Shown here: one piece after another, positions 45,859-55,600 of the stretch
Numbering within the stretch: position 1 is the first letter of the stretch
Layout of the letters: each line of letters starts with the position of its first letter
Origin: Candidatus Kaiserbacteria bacterium
GTDB lineage: Bacteria > Patescibacteriota > Minisyncoccia > Phycocordibacterales > Phycocordibacteraceae
NCBI GenBank assembly: GCA_029288865.1
Contig: JARIGM010000017.1
Coordinates: forward strand, 7,131 to 71,130
Reading direction: 5' to 3'
DNA: 64,000 bases
Program-made: the position numbers and the translations under genes
The notes under the pieces: model-generated
What the model was told of the DNA's origin: nothing
Databases searched by the model: none
Seen by the model: the letters and a program-made list of their open reading frames with translations, nothing else

Positions 45859-46851
45859 ACTTCAGCCTCGCAATCCATACATTTCTCCGCGCCTCCTCCT
45901 CACCGGTTCTTCAATCTAAACAAGCACTTTCGGCTGTCGCTGGGAGTGCTTCTTGGTATACTCCTGATTCTTGTTTTCGTCGATCGCGCGCAGATCAAGC
46001 AATCACTCGATAGTATATCTGCACTCACGCACGTCAGCGGTAGTTATGTTATACGAGGTTCGGCAATCAGCCGGAGCGTCTTTAGGATCGGTTGGTTCGG
46101 TAATCATCCGGTGACAACTAAGTCCGGCACGGTGATTGACTATGCCCGCTCGGGTTCAAATCAGTACGCACTCGTACTCTCGCCTGATGGCCGCGACGAG
46201 TACCTCATGCACCTTGGCTCAAAAGCAGAAAAGCTTGTTTCGACGGGCGGGACCAAATCAGCACTTGTCGTTTCTGCGAATGGTGCACAACTCGCGTACG
46301 CACAACTTTCTCCAAGCGGTTTTACCAAGACTGGACCATCGAGCGGCATGAAAGATTGGTCCGTCAGCGTATACAGTCCTAAAACGAAATCTGCAATCGT
46401 ATTACCATCAGCGTATCAGCCGGAATTCTTTTCCATTAAAGGAAAGCAGTATATGGAATTCATGTCGCCTCGCGGTATGGGGATAATGGACTTAAGTATT
46501 GCGAACACTTACAACACATCCTATTCAACGAGCACCATGCCCGCGACCAATGTGCTTCATCCAACGTTTGTTACTCCAGATGGTGCCCATGCCCTTATAT
46601 ACAGTTCCGCGGCAGGTGCGTATGCGCTGTACACCATAAGTGGGAATTTCCCATTCTCATTCAAACAAGTCACTACGCTTTCCTCAGCATATGGTCAAGT
46701 GGTCGGAGTAGATGCGAAAGGCTTCTATGTAGTCTCTGCTAACACGAAGGCGAGATCTTCGGACGTGAGCTATGTATCGTTTGCACATCCTACTGCATCC
46801 CTTTGGACCTACCGATCGGATGGCCCTGCAGTCCTTAAGTTGATCCCGTAA
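45850..46851 (+). CDS. Membrane-anchored beta-rich protein, cassette 2
   Basis: Paralog: K.GTVIDYA.S...YALVLSPDG, DWSV, AY.P.F, WTY...K LIP end. Confidence 0.75.
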   Translation: MNETSASQSIHFSAPPPHRFFNLNKHFRLSLGVLLGILLILVFVDRAQIKQSLDSISALTHVSGSYVIRGSAISRSVFRIGWFGNHPVTTKSGTVIDYARSGSNQYALVLSPDGRDEYLMHLGSKAEKLVSTGGTKSALVVSANGAQLAYAQLSPSGFTKTGPSSGMKDWSVSVYSPKTKSAIVLPSAYQPEFFSIKGKQYMEFMSPRGMGIMDLSIANTYNTSYSTSTMPATNVLHPTFVTPDGAHALIYSSAAGAYALYTISGNFPFSFKQVTTLSSAYGQVVGVDAKGFYVVSANTKARSSDVSYVSFAHPTASLWTYRSDGPAVLKLIP

Positions 46852-46860
46852 CTGGCGCCT

Positions 46861-49800
46861 ATGAAAACTATCCTTACTATCGTTCTCGCACTCGCGTTCA
46901 CTATTGTGGGCGCATCGTCAGTACTGGCTATCGGGAGGGGAGGAACTCCTCCGACCGTAAGTCTCTCAGCAAGTAATGTAGAAGTAAGTCCGGGCGACTC
47001 AGTCACTCTTACGTGGTCCTCTACGAACGCGACTTCGTGTTCCAGTTCTCAATTCCCTACGGGTGGCACAAGTGGCGCAATGACAGTGACCCCAGATAGT
47101 CTGCCTACCACGTACTCTATTACCTGCGATGGTGCCGGAGGTTCCGCAACTGACTCAGTCACAATACGGCAAGGGACGAGCGGTTCATGCGATGTTACCG
47201 TTACTGCCGGACAGACTCAGAATTACACCTTCGTGCCGAGTCTTCCCGCCGGTGCCTACGATTTGTCTTATGCAGTTATAGCGCATAGGGTAGATGGATA
47301 CTCGACTGATAATCAGCAATTTAATAGTGATGGTAACTACAATCAGCAGCCTTTCACAGTCAGTAAGACTTGGACTACTCCTGGAAATTACCAGATCCAA
47401 GGTTGGGTCACTTTTTCGCGTGCATCAGGTTGCTCGGCGGGGAGTGGCTGTGCGGGCACCGATCCGTATCAGCAGGATACGATGACTAGTCCAACTGGGT
47501 CCGTATACGCGGAGGACGCCCCCCCTGTTTGTCACGTCACAGTTCTGCCCGCGAAAACGAACCTCACTGCCGGAGGGGCACCAGATTTATACGGTACATT
47601 AGGCCAATCTATTACCGTGATGACCACGAACGGCCAGGCCGTTAATGTGACGAATAACGGGCAGGCAGATGCAGGAGGTTTTACGACCCGATTCACCGTA
47701 AATGGCGGCAGTCCAATAGATGTAAATACGGGAGGTCTTTCGCAAGGAGCCTCTACTGATCTCTCGGCAACTTTTCCTGCAGGCGTATTTCCTTGGGTAG
47801 GTGCTTATACTTATCAATACTGCGTGGACTCCAATGGAAATGTTGATGAGTCTGACGAGAGTAACGGTGATAATTGTAGGTCGGGAAATATATATATAGG
47901 TAGCGCGCCAAGCGCTTGTCAGCTCAATGTGCTAACTGGCCAATCGACGACTTTCCAGATGACTACGAATGGCTACCTAACCTCGCGCGCATATCATGCG
48001 AACTATTCGATCAACTGGGGAAACACGACCTCTACGGGCTGGATAGAGCCGGGCGCAGAGCCGTATGTCGCGTCGCATACTTGGGATACAGCGGGAGATT
48101 ACAAGGTAGAAGGATATGTCGGAGATATTCAGTATATAAATACTCCTCCTTCCTCAGGGGCAGGTTCCGCACCTGATACTCTGATTGCACCAAACGGGCA
48201 GACTGCTACCTGGGCTCAAGGTACAAGTAGCGCGGTTCCGAAGTACTGTAATGTCCATGTGTACGATCCAGCACCAGCACCGACTGCAAGCATTTCGCTC
48301 TCACCAAGTTCGGTCGCTTATGGTGGCTCTTCAACACTCAGCTGGTCATGTGGTAATGCGGACTACGGATGTACGGGCACAGGCTTTAGTACCGGAGGTG
48401 CGGCGAGTGGCAGCATTACGGTCTCTCCTACTAAGAGTACGTATTATCGTGTAGATGCGAGCGGAGCCGGAGGCACTACTTATGCGGACCAATCCCTTTC
48501 GGTAGGGCAGCCGTATCCGGATGTGACTGCAAGGCGCCCAGACACAGCAGTTTCCGCTGTGTGGGGAAATTCATTTAATGTAACCGGAACGGTAATCAAT
48601 ATCGGTGCGGCAGCTATGAATGGACCGTTCTCAGTGACTGCACAAGTATGTGATGGGTTTGGATCTTGCGGCCAATATAACCATCTCAGTGCCATCCAGA
48701 TAGGGACTTTGAATCCTGATCCCTCGGGCGTCGGCGTGACCATACCGGTCCCTTCTACTCCGTCTGCTAGTGTCGGAGGCGCGACATATTCGTACAGAAT
48801 TTGTGCTGATGAGGACGCCGTAGGAAATAAGCCAGTGAATGAGTCAAATGAAGACAATAACTGTAGCGGTTGGCAAACCATAAATGTCACTGCACCAGAT
48901 CTCACGACTGATACGAGTAGCGGCAACGGCGTGGCACCGACTGTCTACGGAGACCTGGGTCAGCCCGTATCTGTTTCCGGCATTGCCGTCAACATTGGTA
49001 ATGCGGGTTCTGGAGGGTTCAGCAATATGTTCGTAACAAATTGGAATGGTTCCAGTTGGAATTCAATTACTGACGGATCCTATATAGGCGGACTCGGGCA
49101 AGGAGGCAGTCAGGCAGGGTTCTCGGGCACCTTCCCTGCGAGCACTTTCGCATCTAAAGGTACCTATGCGTATTCGTACTGTGCCGGCATCAATAGTGGC
49201 TGGCAACAGAGCTTGAGTAACGAATCAAACAACAATAATAACTGTGAGTGGTCGGGAAATATTGTCATTCGCGCACCGGATCTTACTGCTGGCAACCCTA
49301 CGCCTTGGCCAGCTACAACGTTGGTGAATACACCTATTACATTCTCCACTCAAATAAACAACGGCGGGGATGGTAGCTCAGTTTCTTTCCCGGTCTTTTT
49401 CGAGGTAGTGAACGATGGAACCAAATTCGGCTACACGTATTTGAATGGTATCGCCCCGAATGCGCCCGTCACGGCCACTGCAAGTTATACGTTCACTTCT
49501 CCAGGTACCTATCAAGTCATGGCGTGCGTGAACAACAACACAAGCTGGAAGAATATAGCCCCAGAGTCAAAGTATGATAATGACTGCAGCGCCTGGGATA
49601 CGGTAAACGTCTATCCAGTTCCAACGGTAAGCCTCACTCTTACGCCTAATTCAATCGCGTATGGTGGGTCGTCCACGCTTAATTGGTCCTGCACGGGAGC
49701 AGATGCGTGTACGGGGTACGGCTTCAGTACGGGTAATGCGAATAGTGGTTCGATCACGGTGAATCCAACTCAGACTACCAGCTACAGTCTCGGAGCATGG

Positions 49801-51648
49801 AATGGCTCCGGAACAACGGCGAACACGAGCGCGACGTTGACAGTGGGCCAGCCTTATCCGAATCTTACCGCTGATAACAATGGTCCTGTGGTCGCTAAAA
49901 CTGGAAGCACTCCCACTCTATCTGGCACGATTCAAAATATCGGCGCGATCACGACATCCGGATCATTCTATGTCCAGGTACGGTTCTGTGATGCTAATTG
50001 TGCAACTATCGACCGGAGCGTATTCACTTCGACCCAAGCCCTTGCTCCCGGTCCATCACGAGCAGTTTCTTTCTCGCAATTAACGATGCCGAGTCGTGGT
50101 AATTACTACTACCAGATATGTGCGGATGCATATGGTGACGTGCATGAGTCTAAGGAAGATGATAACTGTTCTGGGTGGCAATCTGTCACGGTTACTGCTC
50201 CTGATCTCGTACCGACACCTCCAGGCCCTCCAATAGGTCCAGTATCCCCGACAACTGGCACTGCGGGTTCGCCGGTCACGTTTACCGCTTCCGCAAAGAA
50301 CCAGGGTGATGCTGCCTCTGATTCGTTCCCAATCTTGTTCCAGGTCGAAGAGAATGGAGACCTCTTCAGCAGCAACTATGTAGCGGGGCTCGCATCTGGC
50401 AGCACAGGCTCTGCGTCGGGTGCCTACACCTTCTCCAGGATGGGTACCTATCATGTACGCGAATGTGTGAATCAGATTCCGGACGTTAACCGAGATGTCG
50501 TAGCTGTTGAGAGTAATTACGGGAATAACTGTGGAGATTGGATTCCGGTGACTATATCGGCGCCGAATCCTCTTGGCGAGGGAGTTACTCCGACAACTGC
50601 GATTGCTGGAAGTCCTGTTACCCTCGTAGGCAGTGTCACGGATATGGACCCGAATACTGGTGTGCCATCGGCAGATATTACGACGTCATTCCCTAACTGG
50701 ATTATCATTCGTAATGCAGCGAATGGCGGCGGCTCGGATGTATTCGACAACAATGTAACCGCATCGCCTCTTGCCTCAGGCGCACACGAGACCATTAATG
50801 ATCTCCCGTACACGTTCCCTAGTGAAGGTACGTATTCCGTTCTCGTATGCGCAGGATACGGATTTAACGGCACAACGGATCCGTGGACCCGCGTTCCGGC
50901 GAACTCAAGCGGCGGCGGTTGCGGTCCGTGGACAAATATCACGGTGGGTCCTGCGCCTAAGCCTGATCTCATAGGACTTACTCCTCCAAACATTACGGTG
51001 CAGCAGGGCAATGCAGTACCGGTCTCAGGTACCGTGATGAACCAAGGCACTGTAGGTACGGGAGCAAGCTTCAAGAATATCTTTAAGACTGATCCTCAGG
51101 GAAATGGAACATGGCGTCCTGCTGCGGGCAGCTCAACGGGTGCACCGCTCGCCGGAGGAAATGCAACTGAATCTGTATCTGGCACGTTGCCCGCATTCAC
51201 TCAGCCAGGCGTGTATCCTTACGTACTCTGCGCCGATGAGGATATTGATAACGGTTGGGCAGGCAGTATCGATGAGGGTTCAAACGAAGGAAATAACTGT
51301 AGTGTTCAGCCTGGATTTATCACAGTACAACCCCCACCGCCTCCACCAAGCTGTTCAGGCATGCCAACGCTCAGCCTGACAGCCAATCCGAACCGCGTGG
51401 TTAAGAATGGCAGTGCGACATTGTCATGGCGCGTCACCAACACCCTCAATTCGTGTACAGTCACGAACTCGAATGGAACAACGATCGCAACGATTCCAGC
51501 AGGGCAGTGTTCAGACGTAGCAACCAGCTCGATGAGCACCGGACCGCTCACGAAACAGACCGTCTACTCCTTGAACTGTACGAATGCCGGAACTGCCTAT
51601 GCGACGACCACGGTCGTGAATGTGGTACCGAAATTCAACGAATTTTAG
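46861..51648 (+). CDS. Large secreted CARDB/Ig-like repeat protein (1595 aa), cassette 2
   Basis: Signal peptide; many Cys-paired modules; poly-Pro linker; ends VVNVVPKFNEF. Confidence 0.8.
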   Translation: MKTILTIVLALAFTIVGASSVLAIGRGGTPPTVSLSASNVEVSPGDSVTLTWSSTNATSCSSSQFPTGGTSGAMTVTPDSLPTTYSITCDGAGGSATDSVTIRQGTSGSCDVTVTAGQTQNYTFVPSLPAGAYDLSYAVIAHRVDGYSTDNQQFNSDGNYNQQPFTVSKTWTTPGNYQIQGWVTFSRASGCSAGSGCAGTDPYQQDTMTSPTGSVYAEDAPPVCHVTVLPAKTNLTAGGAPDLYGTLGQSITVMTTNGQAVNVTNNGQADAGGFTTRFTVNGGSPIDVNTGGLSQGASTDLSATFPAGVFPWVGAYTYQYCVDSNGNVDESDESNGDNCRSGNIYIGSAPSACQLNVLTGQSTTFQMTTNGYLTSRAYHANYSINWGNTTSTGWIEPGAEPYVASHTWDTAGDYKVEGYVGDIQYINTPPSSGAGSAPDTLIAPNGQTATWAQGTSSAVPKYCNVHVYDPAPAPTASISLSPSSVAYGGSSTLSWSCGNADYGCTGTGFSTGGAASGSITVSPTKSTYYRVDASGAGGTTYADQSLSVGQPYPDVTARRPDTAVSAVWGNSFNVTGTVINIGAAAMNGPFSVTAQVCDGFGSCGQYNHLSAIQIGTLNPDPSGVGVTIPVPSTPSASVGGATYSYRICADEDAVGNKPVNESNEDNNCSGWQTINVTAPDLTTDTSSGNGVAPTVYGDLGQPVSVSGIAVNIGNAGSGGFSNMFVTNWNGSSWNSITDGSYIGGLGQGGSQAGFSGTFPASTFASKGTYAYSYCAGINSGWQQSLSNESNNNNNCEWSGNIVIRAPDLTAGNPTPWPATTLVNTPITFSTQINNGGDGSSVSFPVFFEVVNDGTKFGYTYLNGIAPNAPVTATASYTFTSPGTYQVMACVNNNTSWKNIAPESKYDNDCSAWDTVNVYPVPTVSLTLTPNSIAYGGSSTLNWSCTGADACTGYGFSTGNANSGSITVNPTQTTSYSLGAWNGSGTTANTSATLTVGQPYPNLTADNNGPVVAKTGSTPTLSGTIQNIGAITTSGSFYVQVRFCDANCATIDRSVFTSTQALAPGPSRAVSFSQLTMPSRGNYYYQICADAYGDVHESKEDDNCSGWQSVTVTAPDLVPTPPGPPIGPVSPTTGTAGSPVTFTASAKNQGDAASDSFPILFQVEENGDLFSSNYVAGLASGSTGSASGAYTFSRMGTYHVRECVNQIPDVNRDVVAVESNYGNNCGDWIPVTISAPNPLGEGVTPTTAIAGSPVTLVGSVTDMDPNTGVPSADITTSFPNWIIIRNAANGGGSDVFDNNVTASPLASGAHETINDLPYTFPSEGTYSVLVCAGYGFNGTTDPWTRVPANSSGGGCGPWTNITVGPAPKPDLIGLTPPNITVQQGNAVPVSGTVMNQGTVGTGASFKNIFKTDPQGNGTWRPAAGSSTGAPLAGGNATESVSGTLPAFTQPGVYPYVLCADEDIDNGWAGSIDEGSNEGNNCSVQPGFITVQPPPPPPSCSGMPTLSLTANPNRVVKNGSATLSWRVTNTLNSCTVTNSNGTTIATIPAGQCSDVATSSMSTGPLTKQTVYSLNCTNAGTAYATTTVVNVVPKFNEF

Positions 51649-51717
51649 GCTCCGCTCTCCACATAGAGGGATAGTGAAGGGGAGCAGGGTCTCGTATACT
51701 TCAGGTATATGAACGAA
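51613..51717 (+). repeat. ~105-bp direct repeat (copy B) spanning cassette 2/3 junction
   Basis: Near-identical to 45754-45858. Confidence 0.85.
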
Positions 51718-52653
51718 CCTCAACCCTCGCACGTGAATCGGCATACTGCTCTGATCATTGCCATAGTTCTTCTCCTTATAATAATCGGGTTCTTGTACTG
51801 GTTCCGTGCGCCGCTCGGCATGTTTTCTCGCAACTTTGCTGCACTCATGAGCATCCATGGCGAGCATATTGTGCAGGGGCCTGGGATCGGCGAGAAGGTG
51901 AGTACGATCGGATTCTTCGGCGAGCAGAAAGTCACTTCGAAAGCAGGAAGGGTCGTCGACTACGCGCACAGTTCGAAAGGAGACTTCGCGATCATTCTTT
52001 CTCCCGATGGTCGGGATGAAGACGTGTTCTCACTCAGCGATATGCAGAAGATCACGTCCGATGGCGGTATCAAATCATCGCTTTCGGTATCACCTGATGG
52101 AACGAATGTTGCATATGCGGCGCTGAAGCCTGGCGGCTATCATGCATTCGGTCCTTCCTCTAATATCGCAGACTGGAGCGTCCGTATCCATGATGTGAAA
52201 TCTTCGGTGGAGCTCGTTTTCCTCGGTGCGTATCAGCCGCAATTCTTCACCTCTGGCACCTCGACAGTAGTGGCATTCATGCAGCCAGACGGCATTATGA
52301 TGGATAACGTCACTACTCATACCGTTCAGCTCGTAAAAGAGTCAGGGAGCACGTCAACGATGTCTCCGCTGTATGTCTCGCCAGACGGGAAGCATCTCCT
52401 TTCTTATGATCAATCCAAATCGCAGTACGTGCTTTACGACATGTCAGGAACATTCCCATTCACACTCAAGCCCCATGTCCCAATGCCTCCGCTCGGCCAT
52501 GTGATCGGTATGGATAATAATGGAATCTATAGCTCAGTCGTATCATCTCAGGCCAAGAGGGCGGATGTGCTGTATACGACGTTCGCAAAGCCTTTCTCAG
52601 TCGCCTGGACATATGCTTCCAGCGGAACGGCTCTCTTTAAAATGACTCGATAA
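51709..52653 (+). CDS. Membrane-anchored beta-rich protein, cassette 3
   Basis: Paralog of 41747 and 45850 ORFs. Confidence 0.75.
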   Translation: MNEPQPSHVNRHTALIIAIVLLLIIIGFLYWFRAPLGMFSRNFAALMSIHGEHIVQGPGIGEKVSTIGFFGEQKVTSKAGRVVDYAHSSKGDFAIILSPDGRDEDVFSLSDMQKITSDGGIKSSLSVSPDGTNVAYAALKPGGYHAFGPSSNIADWSVRIHDVKSSVELVFLGAYQPQFFTSGTSTVVAFMQPDGIMMDNVTTHTVQLVKESGSTSTMSPLYVSPDGKHLLSYDQSKSQYVLYDMSGTFPFTLKPHVPMPPLGHVIGMDNNGIYSSVVSSQAKRADVLYTTFAKPFSVAWTYASSGTALFKMTR

Positions 52654-52659
52654 CTTCAT

Positions 52660-55600
52660 ATGAAAAAAATCCTGATCCCGCTCGTGCTGCTCGCCTCGCT
52701 TACCGTCGCTGCTCCGCATATGGCGCTCGCAAATGACGGCGGCTCCTGTGATTCGACGATATACCAGGGGAATTCCATCGTATTTTCTGCGGAAGATGCG
52801 CCAGGTGGGTCGAATGCAGCCACATACGAGCTGGATATGTCGGGTCCATCTAATATGACAGTCACGCAACGGCAGAACTACGGTGGGGGTACCCAGCCTC
52901 CGACATACGGAATCATGGCAACTTTCCCATTCAATAAACCGGGTTCTTATACCATTACTGCCCGTATCTACGACATCAACTACCCTGTCGGATATCAGCA
53001 AGGTGGAGCTTCTGGTGCCGTGCCTCTTCAGATAAATGCCGGCACTTACGATAATCCGCAAGCGCAGAAGGCCTGGGTTGCTGACCAAAACGCAAACCCT
53101 CCGACCTGTACGATCACGGTGCAACCTACGCCGAAGCCGGATCTCGTGCCCGGAACTGGCCAGACAATATATGGGACAGTGGGGCAGAACGTGGCTATTC
53201 CTGCAAGCGTGACCAATAGCGGGAATGCAGACGCGAGCGGATTCACAGTATGGTTCAATTCCAACGGTCAGAATCCGACTGTTTCAGTCGGAGGTCTCGG
53301 TGCGGGAGCGTCGCAAGATGTCTCGACGACGCTACAATCTTCCGGTTGGGGAGCGGGCACGTACTCATATCAATACTGCGTCGACCAGTACGGACAGGTG
53401 GATGAATCGAGTGAAGACAATAACTGTACGAGCGGGTCGATCATCCTGAACAATCCACCCTCGCCTGATGTGGCCATCACTGATATCTGGCAGAGCGGGA
53501 CCGCGATTGCTGGACAGCCAGTGACGCTTTGGGCATACGAGCAGAACAACGGTAATGCGGATTCAGGTAACTTCACGGTCCAATTCTTTAGCTCTGATGG
53601 GTCCGTGAACGCATATAGCGGAAATGTGTACCTCACGAGCTCCGGCGGCGCAGCGAATACATCCATCTCCTATACCTTTCCCTCTGCAGGAACGTATTAC
53701 TTGAAAGCTTGCGCGAGCGTCGCGAACGATTCAAATGGCGCGAATAACTGCAGCGCGGATTGGATCCCAGTAACGGTCTACCCGGTCCCAACCGCAAGTC
53801 TTTCTCTTAGTCCAAACTCGGTTCCTTATGGAGGTTCCGCAACTCTAAGCTGGTACTGCGGCAATGCGGATTCATGCGGAGGGACGAACTTCAGTACGAA
53901 CGGCCAGGTGAGCGGTTCGGTCACGGTCTCGGCAACCCAAACCACGACATATTCGCTTTGGTCAAATGGTCCCGGCGGCAACACTCCTGCCTATCAGACC
54001 CTCACGGTGGGTCCGCCATATCCCGACCTCACTGCTGGAACGGGCGGCCCGCTGACGGTGGTCTCGAAGGCGAACTTTAGCCTCGGTGGCACTGTCTACA
54101 ATATTGGCGATACGGGAACACCGAGCTCTTTCAACAATCTCGTACAGATCTGTGACCGCAACGATGGTACCTGTCCGAACTATTACCAAGGGATGTCATC
54201 TGGAATGTCTGCACTTGCGAACGGCAACTCGCAGGGCACGTCCTTCACGGCTCACATCGATGCTCCGGGAACCTATTATTATCGCCTTTGCGCTGACCTC
54301 GATACCAGTGGGAACGGCACGATCGCCGAATCTAATGAAAGAAATAACTGCGGCGTCTGGCAAAGCATCACCGTACTCGCACCAGATCTCACCGTCGGTG
54401 GCATAAACACTACCTATGGTGTACTCGGTCAAAGTGTATCCGTGAGTGGTACTGCAATAAATAATGGGAATGCCTCGACCGGCGGCTTCAATAGCATGTT
54501 TGTGACCAACTGGAACGGAAGCTCTTGGCAGACGATCACTTCAGCGAATTGGACCTCGAATCTTGGTCCTGGCGGATCAGCATCCATCGGTGGTACATTC
54601 CCCGCGAATGCATTCTCACATCGAGGCACTTATCAGTATGCATATTGTGCGGGCATCGATTCTTCATGGAACTGGAGCTTAAACAATGAATCGAACACTA
54701 ATAATAATTGTATAAGTGGCGGCTCCCTCGTCATCCAAGCTCCTGATCTTACTGCGGGCGGCGTTTCGCTCAGTGGCACGGCGATCGCTGGTCAGCCGAC
54801 AGGCTTCAACGCCACTGCGTATAACAATGGCGATTACGGGTCCAATGCCTTCCCGGTGATGTTCCAGGTACAGAATAGTAGTGGTCAGGATGTCGCGTAC
54901 GTCACGAGCGGCTATGTGGGAGGTCTCGCACCTGGCGGATCAACAGGCGCGAGCGCATCGACGGTCTTGTCGAGTGCCGGCACATATAACGTCCGTGCTT
55001 GTGCGAACCGCAATTCAAGCTGGGGACTCGTAGTCACTAATGACACGGATACTACAAATGACTGCGGCGGTTGGACTTCTTTCACGCTCTATCCAGTCCC
55101 GACGGCAAGCATCTCGCTTTCGCCATCCTCGGTCGCATACGGCGGCTCCACCACTGTTACGTGGTCATGTGCGAGCGGCGCAACCTCGTGCGCGGGAACT
55201 AACTTCAATACAAATGGCGCCATGAGCGGCTCGGTAACTGTCTCTGCGACGCAGACTACCACCTACACGGTCTGGGCTAACGGTCCTGGCGGCACTACAA
55301 GCGCTGCGCAAACCCTGTCGGTCGGTCCTCCGTATCCAGATCTTACAGCGAGCATCACCAGTGGCTGGATCACGGCTACAATGAATACGAGCTTCACGAT
55401 GAATGGTACGGTCTCTAATATCGGCAACGCAGCAACTCCGGGATCTTTCCCGAATATGGTACAGATCTGCGATTCGAATTGTGCTACGTACAATCAACGA
55501 TATTCAGCCTCGACAGCAGCACTCGCGAATGGCCAGTCTCGAGCTATCTCGTTCACTGCAAGCATACCAACGGCGGGGTCATATTACTTCCGCATCTGTG

